This document shows positions 36,476 to 45,158 of a stretch of DNA of 64,000 bases, in pieces. The position numbers and the translations under genes are program-made. The notes under the pieces are model-generated. The model saw only the letters and a list, made by a program, of their open reading frames with translations. It was not told the origin of the DNA and did not search any database. Each line of letters opens with the position of its first letter. Positions within the stretch are counted from its first letter, which is position 1. The stretch is from assembly GCA_031409275.1 (NCBI GenBank), contig JANNXA010000034.1, positions 1 through 64,000 of the forward strand. The letters run 5' to 3'. This DNA comes from Planctomycetota bacterium (GTDB taxonomy: Bacteria > Planctomycetota > B15-G4 > SIAN01).

Positions 36476-37710
36476 TCGCCGCCTCGTCCCGTCTCCTGGT
36501 CGCCTTCGCGTGCGCTTGGTTCCTGCCGGCGCAGTGGTGCGCGGCGCTCGCGTCGCCGCAGGACAAAGGCAAGAAGGGCAAGCTCGCGCCGACCGAGCAG
36601 TCGATGGTCGCGCCCGGCCTCGGCTACGCGCGATGGGAACAGCCGGGCGTGATCGCCCATGTGCTGGCCATCGACCTGAAGCAGAAGGCGCTGCACATCC
36701 GCAGCGTGAAGTCGAAGGGCAAGGAGTCGTTGCGCGAGATCGCGGATCGACTCGGCGCCGGCGACGAGGAGGTGCTCGGCGGCATCAACGGCGACTACTT
36801 CCGCCAATCGAGCGAAGCGGGCCTTCCGTATGGCGCGCAGGTCTGCGACGGCCGCCTCTACTTCGCGCCGATGAAGCGCTCGCTGCTGAGCTTCGCCGCC
36901 GACAACGAACCGACCATCGGCATCGCCGAGCTGAAGGCGAAGTTCACGCTGGCCGGGAAGGACAGCCTGAGCGACTCGTCATGGTTCAAGCTCGACGACG
37001 TGAACCAGGTCGAGCACGAGGATGCGAGGAAGAGCGGCATCTACCTCTACACGCCGGCGTTCCTCGGCCTCTCGAGCGCGCGACCGAAAGGGACGATCGC
37101 GGTGATCGACACCATCGAGCCGGCGCTGCAGGTAGGCGACGTCTGCACCGGCACGTTGGCGCGCGTCGAGCCAGCCGGGACGCCGGTCGACATCCCGGAG
37201 AACGGTTGCCTGCTCTACTTCTTCGGCGACTCGCACAAGTCGATGGCGGCTGGCTTGAAGCCCGGCCGACCGGTCGCGCTCAAGCTCGAGCTGCCGCCCG
37301 TCACCGGCAGCGTCGTGCAGGCGATCGGCGGCGGCCCGCGACTGCTGCGGAACGGCAAGGTCGCCGTCGAGCTCGACAAGGAGGAGTTCGATTCGGTCTA
37401 CGCCATGGAGATCTCGAAGCGCCACCCGCGCTCGGCCGTCGGCTTCGACAAGGCCAAGGAGACGCTCTGGCTGGTGATGGTGGAGGGGCGCCACGAAGGC
37501 AGCCGCGGCATGACGTTCGGCGAGCTGGCGGCGTTCCTCGATCAGCTCGGCTGCTGGCAGGCGATGGCGTTCGACTGCGGCGGCTCGGCCGGCCTCTTCG
37601 TCGGCGGCAAGGGGATCGTGTCGAAGAGCATGGGCGGCCAGAACCAGCCCGAGGAACGCGAACTCGCCAACGCGCTGTTCCTCACCGCGGCGAAAGCGGG
37701 GCAGCAGTGA
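36472..37710 (+). CDS. Phosphodiester glycosidase (NAGPA/DUF2233) family protein
   Basis: GGINGDYF, AIGGGPRLL, RHPRSAVG, VEGR...SRGMT, AMAFDCGGS, ERELANAL. Confidence 0.88.
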   Translation: MIAASSRLLVAFACAWFLPAQWCAALASPQDKGKKGKLAPTEQSMVAPGLGYARWEQPGVIAHVLAIDLKQKALHIRSVKSKGKESLREIADRLGAGDEEVLGGINGDYFRQSSEAGLPYGAQVCDGRLYFAPMKRSLLSFAADNEPTIGIAELKAKFTLAGKDSLSDSSWFKLDDVNQVEHEDARKSGIYLYTPAFLGLSSARPKGTIAVIDTIEPALQVGDVCTGTLARVEPAGTPVDIPENGCLLYFFGDSHKSMAAGLKPGRPVALKLELPPVTGSVVQAIGGGPRLLRNGKVAVELDKEEFDSVYAMEISKRHPRSAVGFDKAKETLWLVMVEGRHEGSRGMTFGELAAFLDQLGCWQAMAFDCGGSAGLFVGGKGIVSKSMGGQNQPEERELANALFLTAAKAGQQ

Positions 37711-38399
37711 CGCGCGCGACGCAGGGACGTTGGCTGCTGTTCCTGGGTGGGGCGCTGTTGGTGGCCGGCTTCGCGTGGCCCGAGCTGCGCGTCGCGGTGG
37801 GCAACGCGCTCGATGCCGCGCGCACGAGCGGTGCTCACGCGCACGGCGCGCCGCAGCGTTCGCACTGGTTCGTCCTGCAGGAGAACCTCGACATGCTCTC
37901 CGAGCCCGACGAGACGAGCCCCGCCTACTTCACCGTGTGGTACGGCGTGCAGGTCGCGGGCCTCGCGTGGTTCGGGCTGGCGGGCGCCGTGCTCGCGCTG
38001 TCGGCGCTCTTCTCGCGGTCGCGATTCGTCGCGGCGCTGATCAGTTGCTTCCACGGCGGCGCGCTGCTGCTGCTTGCCGGTGGCGCAACCTACGTCTTCG
38101 CGTCGCTGCCGCCGCCATCGCCTGGCCACTCGGCGTTGGTGACGTTGGGGCCGGTGGTGCTGTTGTGGGTGCTCTTCCTCGGGCAGACATTCCTGAGCTT
38201 CAAGGCGGTGAGCGGCGGGATGGCCCGTTTCGTCGCCGTCGACGTGGCCAACGCGTTGCCGCTGCTGTTCCTGCTGCTCGCCAACGCCGGATTGTGGATC
38301 GCGCTGCGCGGCCACCCGAACTGGCCGGCGAGCGGCTACCTCGTTGGTGCGATCGGCGCAGCGTTGGCGCTGCTCGGCGTGCTGCGAAGGGGACGGTGA
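37707..38399 (+). CDS. Hypothetical multi-pass membrane protein
   Basis: About six hydrophobic segments; GTGA overlap with the upstream stop. Confidence 0.65.
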   Translation: MTRATQGRWLLFLGGALLVAGFAWPELRVAVGNALDAARTSGAHAHGAPQRSHWFVLQENLDMLSEPDETSPAYFTVWYGVQVAGLAWFGLAGAVLALSALFSRSRFVAALISCFHGGALLLLAGGATYVFASLPPPSPGHSALVTLGPVVLLWVLFLGQTFLSFKAVSGGMARFVAVDVANALPLLFLLLANAGLWIALRGHPNWPASGYLVGAIGAALALLGVLRRGR

Positions 38400-38421
38400 C
38401 AGCGACGGCGTGAACGGGAGG

Positions 38422-39105
38422 TCAGCGCAGCCGCCGCAGCGTGCGCGCGACGCGGATGCCAATCTGCACGAAGTCGCGCACCGGCCGGAAGTGGGTGACG
38501 CGGCCGCCTTCGGGCGTGTAGGTCACGCGGATCGGCACTTCGCGAATCGGGATGCCGGCGCGCGCCGCCGCGAAGAGCACCTCCATCTCGAGGTCGTAGC
38601 GGTCACCCTGCAGCGGCAGCGCCCCGATCGCAGCGAGCGGGTAGCTCCGGAAGCCGCTCTGCGTGTCGTGGCAGCGGATGCCGGTGAAGAGGCGCAGCGC
38701 CGTGTTCGCGCAGCGCAAGCCGAAGCGGCTCTTGCGCGGCGCCCCCGCCGCCTTCATGTCGCGCACGCCGATCACCAGCGCGCTCGGCTCGGCGGTCGAT
38801 GCCGCCAGCAGCAGTGGCAGGTCCTCCGGAAAGTGCTGCGCGTCAGCGTCCAGCGCGATGGCGTGCGTGAAGCCGGCGGCCGAGAGCGCCGCGAAACCGT
38901 CGCGCAGCGCCGCGCCCTTGCCGAGGTTCTTCGGGTGGCGCAGCGACCGGATGCGGTCGCGAAACGACTCGATCACTGGCCATGAGCCATCGTGCGAGCC
39001 GTCGTCGACCACCAGCACGTCGGGGATCACCGCCAACGTCCGCTCGATCACGCCGCCAAGCGTCCGGCCGTTGTCGTAGTTGGGGATGAGGGCGGCGGCG
39101 CGCAT
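38422..39105 (-). CDS. GT2 family glycosyltransferase
   Basis: LIPNYDN, VVDDGSHD, NLGKGAAL, LDADAQH, DTQSGFRSYP, THFRPVRD. Confidence 0.9.
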   Translation of the reverse strand: MRAAALIPNYDNGRTLGGVIERTLAVIPDVLVVDDGSHDGSWPVIESFRDRIRSLRHPKNLGKGAALRDGFAALSAAGFTHAIALDADAQHFPEDLPLLLAASTAEPSALVIGVRDMKAAGAPRKSRFGLRCANTALRLFTGIRCHDTQSGFRSYPLAAIGALPLQGDRYDLEMEVLFAAARAGIPIREVPIRVTYTPEGGRVTHFRPVRDFVQIGIRVARTLRRLR

Positions 39106-39116
39106 CGCGGGACGGT

Positions 39117-39279
39117 AGCGTCCGGGAACAGAAGTTCGCTTCCACGAAACCGGGCGCTCTTTGCGCCATGCTTCGTCTCGCCTCGTCACCAACTGCCAGG
39201 GAAGTTGCTTCGTCGGCACTCCTCGCCTGACCCAAACATCGCCTCGGTCCGTGTTCGCGAACTTCTGTTCCAGGACGCT
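39117..39279. mobile_element. MITE-like fold-back element B (163 bp)
   Basis: 23-bp terminal inverted repeats with one mismatch: agcgtccgggaacagaagttcgc (39117-39139) and gcgaacttctgttccaggacgct (39257-39279); nested internal stems. Confidence 0.72.
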
Positions 39280-39301
39280 CGCACGCCGCCGCGCGGGCGT
39301 C

Positions 39302-40003
39302 CTATTTCAAGTCGAAGAGGAGCGCCTCGAACGCATCCGTCGCGGTGAGGGTGAGCTTCCCGGCGTCCTCGGTGCAGGCGCCATCGCCCGCGGCCAGGGC
39401 GATGCCGTTCAGCGTGGCGCCGCCGCGCGCGACCTGCAGCCAGACGCCGCGGTCCGCCGTCACTTCGTGCTCGAGCGACTCGCCCTTTTTCAGCAGCACG
39501 CGCCAGACGTTGGCGTCTTGATGGATCTTCGCGCTGCCGTCGCGCCCGTCCATCGACAGCAAGAGCACCTTCGCGGTCCCCGCGTGCGCAGCGTTCGGCT
39601 TCCATTCGGTGTAGCTCGGTTTCAAGCCGCTCATGTGCGGCTCGATCCAGAGCTGCAGGAAGTGGGTCGGCTCCGTCTTGCTTGGGTTGAACTCGCTGTG
39701 GCGGACGCCGCTGCCCGCGCTCATCAGTTGCACCTCGCCCGGCCGCAGCGTCCGGCCGTTGCCCATGCTGTCCTGGTGTTCGAGCGCGCCCGCCAGCACG
39801 TAGCTGAAGATCTCCATGTCGCGGTGGCCGTGGGTCGGGAAGCCGCCGCCCGCCGCGACACGATCCTCATTGATGACGCGCAGCGTCTTGAACCCCATCT
39901 GCTGCGGGTCCCAGTACTCGCCGAAACTGAAGGTGTGGCGGCTGTCGAGCCAGCCGAAGTCGGCGCGGCCGCGGTCGGCTGCCTTGCGAAGGGTGATCTT
40001 CAT
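39302..40003 (-). CDS. Pirin family protein (YhhW-like)
   Basis: GWLDSRHTFSF, LRVINED, GFPTHGHRDMEI, MSAGSGVRHSE, FLQLWI, LLFDL. Confidence 0.94.
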   Translation of the reverse strand: MKITLRKAADRGRADFGWLDSRHTFSFGEYWDPQQMGFKTLRVINEDRVAAGGGFPTHGHRDMEIFSYVLAGALEHQDSMGNGRTLRPGEVQLMSAGSGVRHSEFNPSKTEPTHFLQLWIEPHMSGLKPSYTEWKPNAAHAGTAKVLLLSMDGRDGSAKIHQDANVWRVLLKKGESLEHEVTADRGVWLQVARGGATLNGIALAAGDGACTEDAGKLTLTATDAFEALLFDLK

Positions 40004-40059
40004 TGCGGTCGCTCCTCGCCAGGGGCGATCGAGCGAGCCTCGGCCGAAGCGGCCGCTGC

Positions 40060-40551
40060 TCAGCTGCCGATGACGAGCACGCCGCTCGCGTTGATCTCGT
40101 AACCGACGCGCGCGATCGCCTTGCCGCCCGACTCGCTCTCCAAGTGCTGCGCATCGGCCTCGCTGATTTCCTTGGGATAGAAGCTGCCCTGGATCAGGAC
40201 GCGCTTGCCGATCGCCTCTTTCGGGAACTTGTACTGGCCGCCGCAGCCCGCTTCCCAGCGCACCATCGCCTTGTGGCCCTGGTCCTCGATCTGCATCCAG
40301 CAGCCCATCTTCTGGCAGACGTTGGTGATGGTCGCCTCGACCAGCAGCGTCTGCTCGAAGTACTTGGCGGGATCGGCGTCGACGGTCGCGAGCGGCAGCA
40401 CGTCGCGCACGGCAACCGGCTCGCCGATGGCTTCGCCGGCCGGCAGTGGGCGTGGGCCGGAGCTGCACGCAGAAGCGATCCACGCCAGCGCGGCGCTCGC
40501 GAAGAGCAGCGGACGGCGCGCAGCGGAACGGGCGGCGACGAACTTGTTCAC
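40060..40551 (-). CDS. DUF4920-like lipoprotein
   Basis: Lipobox ASAC; VCQKMGCWM motif; YEINASGV. Confidence 0.8.
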   Translation of the reverse strand: MNKFVAARSAARRPLLFASAALAWIASACSSGPRPLPAGEAIGEPVAVRDVLPLATVDADPAKYFEQTLLVEATITNVCQKMGCWMQIEDQGHKAMVRWEAGCGGQYKFPKEAIGKRVLIQGSFYPKEISEADAQHLESESGGKAIARVGYEINASGVLVIGS

Positions 40552-40688
40552 GGAGGGATCTCCTGTTCTCGCGAGGAAGGTCAGATCGGTGGAACCATCT
40601 ACCCGACCGCGACCGCGGATGCGACCGGCAGTCGCTCCGCGTAGGCTGCGCCGTGCCGCGCTCTTTCAGGCCTCGCGAGAGATTTCCC

Positions 40689-41873
40689 ATGTCGTGTCGC
40701 GCTCTTCTCCTCGCTCCGTTCGTGGTGGCCGCCGCGTGCCCCGCGGCATTGCCGCTTGCGCAGGAAGCAGCCCCCGCGGCCGGACTCTCTGCCGATTCGC
40801 GCGCGGCGCTGCTCGCTGACCTTGACGCGATGCGTCGCCGCAACGGGATTCCAGGCATCAGCGTCGCGCTGATGCAGGGCGGCACGATCACGCTGGCTGA
40901 GGGGCTCGGCGTGCGCCGCGCGGGCGACGAGCCGAAGGTCGATGGCGACACGCTCTTCCAGGCAGGTTCGATCAGCAAGCCGGTCGCGGCGATGGCGGCG
41001 CTGCGCCTCGTCGCGTCGGGCGTGCTCGATCTCGACCGCGAGGTGAACGAGCAGCTCGCGAGCTTCGTCATTCCCGACAGCCCGCTGCGCAACGGCAAGA
41101 CGATCTCGTTACGCAGCCTTCTTTCGCACACGGCCGGCCTCTCGGTGCACGGTTTCCTCGGCTACCTCGGCGACGAGCCGATTCCCTCGCTGCTCGACAT
41201 CCTCGAAGGCGTCGCGCCGGCCAACTCGCCGCCGATCGTGATCGAGCTCGAGCCGGGCACGAAATGGCAGTACTCGGGCGGCGGCTACACCGTGATGCAG
41301 CAACTGCTGATCGACGTGACGGAGCGCGACTTCGCCGAGCTGCTGCAGGAGCAGGTGCTCGTGCCCGCGGGCATGACGCGCAGCAGCTACGAGCAGCCGC
41401 TCCCGCCCGAGCGGCGCGGAAACGTCGCGGCGGGGCACGGCTTCCCGCCCAAGCCCTTGCGCGGCGATGCACCGACGATGCCCGAACTCGCCGCCGCCGG
41501 CTTGTGGACGACGCCGAGCGATCTGCTGCGGTTCGGGCGCGCGCTGCAGAAGTCGCTGCTCGGTGACGAAGGGGCGTTGCTGCCGCAGCCGCTGATGGAG
41601 CAGGCGTTGCGGCCGGTGTGCGATGGCGACTACGGACTGGGCTTCGAGCTGTTCAGCGACTCGGGGATGCCGCTGTTCGGTCACAGCGGCGCGAATCAGG
41701 GATTCCGAGCGTTCCTCCTGCTGCGCCGCGATCGGGAAGAGGGGATCGCGCTGATGATGAACAGCGACAGCGGCGATGCGATGTTCGCACCGGCGCGCGC
41801 GCGGCTCGTCGAGGCGCTCGGATGGAAGCCGGCCGCCGCGCCCAGTAGCGCGCCGCCGAAGAAGGACGGCTGA
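40689..41873 (+). CDS. Serine hydrolase (class C beta-lactamase/D-peptidase-like), secreted
   Basis: FQAGSISK (SxxK), LLSHTAG, YSGGG, AAAGLWTTPSDL, GHSGANQG. Confidence 0.9.
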   Translation: MSCRALLLAPFVVAAACPAALPLAQEAAPAAGLSADSRAALLADLDAMRRRNGIPGISVALMQGGTITLAEGLGVRRAGDEPKVDGDTLFQAGSISKPVAAMAALRLVASGVLDLDREVNEQLASFVIPDSPLRNGKTISLRSLLSHTAGLSVHGFLGYLGDEPIPSLLDILEGVAPANSPPIVIELEPGTKWQYSGGGYTVMQQLLIDVTERDFAELLQEQVLVPAGMTRSSYEQPLPPERRGNVAAGHGFPPKPLRGDAPTMPELAAAGLWTTPSDLLRFGRALQKSLLGDEGALLPQPLMEQALRPVCDGDYGLGFELFSDSGMPLFGHSGANQGFRAFLLLRRDREEGIALMMNSDSGDAMFAPARARLVEALGWKPAAAPSSAPPKKDG

Positions 41874-41913
41874 TCGAGCCGGCGATGGACCCGCTCGCGC
41901 GCTGTCCTCAGGC

Positions 41914-41983
41914 TGGATGAAAAATCCCCGCCACCTGTTACGCCGGTGGAAGTGGATGAAAGATCCCCGCCACCTGTGACGCG
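41914..41983. repeat. Two-copy 31-bp direct repeat between convergent genes
   Basis: tggatgaaaaatccccgccacctgttacgcc (41914-41944) and tggatgaaagatccccgccacctgtgacgcg (41953-41983); period 39 bp. Confidence 0.8.
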
Positions 41984-41984
41984 G

Positions 41985-43205
41985 CTACTTCGCGGCGTGG
42001 GCCTTCCAGTGCTCGCCCATCTCGCGGTGGATGCGCTCCATCATCCCCTTGGGCCAGAGCTCGGGGTGGGGCTGGTAGATGGAGCCGTGGTCGCGGCCTT
42101 CCACCAGGACGATCTCGGCGTCGGAGCCGAGCTCGGCGAGCTCGTCCTTCAGCAGCAGGGCCGGCCCTTCCAGCCGGAAGGTGTCGATCGTTCCGCAGTA
42201 GAGATGGAGCTTGCCGGTGAGCTTCGGGCCGATGGTGGGCCACTCGCGCTTCAACTTGAGCGCGATGTCGTAGGGCTGCCACGAGTCGGCGACGGCGGCG
42301 TCGATCGCACCGGTCTTCACGTCGACGAGCGACTTCGGCATTCCGTCAGGGCCGAGCTCGCTGAAGACAGCGTTGAAGCTGAAGAACTGGCCGCCGATCG
42401 GCTCCTGCGCCTGCTCCATCTGCATGAACTGCTGGATCGAGGTGGTGAACTTCCCGCCGCGCCGCATCAGCATGATCGGCTGGCCTTCGGGGTCGGTGAA
42501 CGCATTCTCGTAGCTGTAGATGTCGATGCCGGTGAAGTCGCGGAAGTCCGTCGAGTCGGGCGAGGTGGCCCAGCAGCCGCCGAAGAAGTCGGGGTAGGCG
42601 ACTTGCAGCCAGAAGACCGACCAGCCGCCGCTCGAGTGGCCGGTCAGCAGTCGTCCGGCTGGCACGCCGGCCGCGCCGTACTTCGCTTCGAGCGCAGGGA
42701 TGAACTCCTCCGTCAGCGCCTTGCCCCAGGGGCCGGCGGCGCGCGAGTCGGCGAACTCGTGATGGCCCCACTCCCACTGCGCGTTCAGGAAGACGTAGAG
42801 CATTCGCGGCGTCGCGCCGCTGTTCATCGCGGCCTGCAGCTGCGGCCCCTGGCCCCATGCGATCGTGTGGTCGCCGCCAAAGCCGTGCACGTTGAAGATG
42901 ATCGGCAGCTTCTCGTCGGGCTTGCGATCGAGCGGCTCGACGACGCCCGCCTCGATGAAGCGGTCGATGCCCCAGAAGTCGCTGACGCAGCTGCTGCGCA
43001 GCTTGAACTCGCTGATGCCCGGCAGCTCGACCGCCGGGAGGCGCGGTTGCGGCTTGGCGCCGGAGAGCTTCGGGCGGATCGCCGGCGCGGTCGCCGTGCC
43101 CGTGGCGCCTTGCTGCGCGCGAGCTTCAAAACTCGGAGCGGCGAACGCGACCGTGAAGAGCGCCAGCGCGAGCGACGCGCGGCGCAGGCAAGACAGTGTC
43201 GACAT
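41985..43205 (-). CDS. Secreted alpha/beta hydrolase (esterase family)
   Basis: Signal peptide; HGFGG, GHHEFADS...GPWG.AL..E.IP, LTGHSSGGWS, GTIDTF, GRDHG. Confidence 0.88.
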   Translation of the reverse strand: MSTLSCLRRASLALALFTVAFAAPSFEARAQQGATGTATAPAIRPKLSGAKPQPRLPAVELPGISEFKLRSSCVSDFWGIDRFIEAGVVEPLDRKPDEKLPIIFNVHGFGGDHTIAWGQGPQLQAAMNSGATPRMLYVFLNAQWEWGHHEFADSRAAGPWGKALTEEFIPALEAKYGAAGVPAGRLLTGHSSGGWSVFWLQVAYPDFFGGCWATSPDSTDFRDFTGIDIYSYENAFTDPEGQPIMLMRRGGKFTTSIQQFMQMEQAQEPIGGQFFSFNAVFSELGPDGMPKSLVDVKTGAIDAAVADSWQPYDIALKLKREWPTIGPKLTGKLHLYCGTIDTFRLEGPALLLKDELAELGSDAEIVLVEGRDHGSIYQPHPELWPKGMMERIHREMGEHWKAHAAK

Positions 43206-43303
43206 CGGGTTTCGATCCTCTTCGCAAGCGATCCGTGGAGGCGCGGGAGGATAGCGGGCGTCGATCGGTGCACGGCGCGCCGCGGTGCGCCAAGATGCAC
43301 GCC

Positions 43304-43654
43304 ATGACACGCCTCACCACCGCTGCCGAACTCGCGGCCGCCATCGCCGCGCCGCGTTTCCTGCTCTTCAAGCACTCGACCCGCTGCCCGATCTCGGCGG
43401 CCGCGCACGAGGAGTGGGTCGAGTGGCAGCGCGTGCACCCCGATGCGCCGACCGCTTGGATCGACGTGATCGAGCAGCGGGAGGTGGTGCGCAACTTCGC
43501 GGCACAGTGCCGCGTGCGTCACGAGTCGCCGCAGGCGCTTTGGTTCGTCGCCGGCCAAGTGGTGTGGCACGCCTCGCACGGCGACATCACGGTGGAGTCG
43601 CTGCAGGCGGCTACGCCAGCAGCTCCCGCACCACCTCGCCGTGGACATCCGTGA
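43304..43654 (+). CDS. ytxJ: Monothiol bacilliredoxin BrxC/YtxJ family (DUF2847)
   Basis: LLFKHSTRCPIS, VRHESPQAL, WHASHGDIT. Confidence 0.88.
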   Translation: MTRLTTAAELAAAIAAPRFLLFKHSTRCPISAAAHEEWVEWQRVHPDAPTAWIDVIEQREVVRNFAAQCRVRHESPQALWFVAGQVVWHASHGDITVESLQAATPAAPAPPRRGHP

Positions 43655-45083
43655 GCCGCATGTCGCGGCCGCCGTGGCGGTAGGTGAGCTGCGTGTGGTC
43701 GATGCCCAGCAGGTGGAGCATCGTCGCGTGGAGGTCGTGCATCTCGAGCTTGTTCTCGACGGCGAAGTAACCGTAGTCGTCGGTCGCGCCGTAGGTGCTG
43801 CCGCCCTTCACGCCGCCGCCCGCCATCCAGACAGTGAAGCCGTAGGGATTGTGGTCGCGGCCGTCGCTGCCTTGCGCCATCGGCGTGCGGCCGAACTCGC
43901 CGGCCCATACGACCAGCGTCGTTTCGAGCAGCCCGCGTTGCGCCAGATCGCTCAGCAGGGCCGCGATCGGCTGGTCGGTAGCGAGCGCGTTGGCCGCATG
44001 CGCGTTGGTCAGGTCGGCGTGCTGATCCCATCGATCGCCGGCCGCCGGCGGGCAGGTCAGCTCGATGAAGCGCACGCCGCGCTCGATCAGGCGCCGTGCG
44101 AGCAGGCAGACGCGGCCATAGCGGCGCGTGTGGTCGTTGGGCGAATCGAGGCCGTAGAGCGCCTTCGTCGCGGCACTCTCGCCAGCGAGGTCGGCGACTT
44201 CGGGGACCGCGGTCTGCATCCGGAACGCGAGTTCCTGGTTCTTGATCGCCGCCTCGACAGCGCCGCGATCGCCCACGCGGCCGAGCGCGGCGCGATCGAG
44301 CTCCGCCAGCAGCGCGAGCTTCGACTGTTGCGCGGCGCTGCTCGCCTCTCGCGGCGCGGTGTCGGCGACGAGGCCGGCCTCCGGCTTGAACATCGAGGCC
44401 TGGTAGCTCGCGGGCAGGAAGCCGTTGCTGAAGGTCTCGAGTCCACCCGGTGGCACGAGGCCGCCGTTCAGCACGACGAAGCCCGGCAGATTGCCGCATT
44501 CGCTGCCGAGCCCGTAAGTCACCCACGAGCCCATGCTCGGGCGACCGGTCTGCCCGAGCCCGCTGTGGAGGAAGTAGTTGGCGCCGGGATGCTCGCTGAA
44601 CTTCGACGTCAGCGAACGCACCACGCAGAGTTTGTCGGCGTGCTGCGCGATGCATGGGAGCAGCTCGCTCACCATCAGGCCCGATTGGCCGCGCGGCTTG
44701 AACTCCCACGGACTCTTCAGCACGCTGCCGACGTTGGCGAACTGTGTTTTCGGGACATTGGCCAACTGGATTGGCTGGCCATGCTCCTTGGCGAGACGCG
44801 GCTTCCAGTCGAAGGTGTCGACCTGCGATGGCCCGCCGTCCATGTAGAGGAAGATCACCTGCCTGGCGCGCGCCGGATGGGGCGGCGCCTTCGGCAGCAG
44901 CGGATCGTCGTCCGAGGTCGCGCGCAGCAGGGCACCGTACGCCGACTCCTGCCACAGCGCGGCCGCGGCCAGCGCGCCGAATCCGTTGGCGCACTGCAGC
45001 AGCATCTCGCGGCGCGTGGTGGGGCGCACCGGCCGATGGAGCGGCGTCGCGGGCAGCTCGAAGCGATGGGCGAAGCGCGGCAT
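43611..45083 (-). CDS. DUF1501 domain protein (Tat signal)
   Basis: TTRREML, IFLYMDGGPSQVDTFDWKP, RPSMGSW, CLLARRLIERGVRF, WAGEFGRTP, GRDH, DLHATMLHLLG. Confidence 0.93.
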   Translation of the reverse strand: MPRFAHRFELPATPLHRPVRPTTRREMLLQCANGFGALAAAALWQESAYGALLRATSDDDPLLPKAPPHPARARQVIFLYMDGGPSQVDTFDWKPRLAKEHGQPIQLANVPKTQFANVGSVLKSPWEFKPRGQSGLMVSELLPCIAQHADKLCVVRSLTSKFSEHPGANYFLHSGLGQTGRPSMGSWVTYGLGSECGNLPGFVVLNGGLVPPGGLETFSNGFLPASYQASMFKPEAGLVADTAPREASSAAQQSKLALLAELDRAALGRVGDRGAVEAAIKNQELAFRMQTAVPEVADLAGESAATKALYGLDSPNDHTRRYGRVCLLARRLIERGVRFIELTCPPAAGDRWDQHADLTNAHAANALATDQPIAALLSDLAQRGLLETTLVVWAGEFGRTPMAQGSDGRDHNPYGFTVWMAGGGVKGGSTYGATDDYGYFAVENKLEMHDLHATMLHLLGIDHTQLTYRHGGRDMRLTDVHGEVVRELLA

Positions 45084-45158
45084 GACGGCCGGGCATGATG
45101 CCGCGATGCGCCGGTTCGTCCATGGAGGACGCGCGACGGAATCGCGCAAGGAGCGCCG

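Noticed and set aside
40689..41873. Antibiotic-resistance beta-lactamase
   Set aside because: Motifs (YSG, HSG) fit the broad serine hydrolase/D-peptidase group rather than AmpC (YxN, KTG); resistance cannot be claimed.
41914..41983. Possible CRISPR array
   Set aside because: Only two copies, an 8-nt gap, no palindrome and no cas genes.
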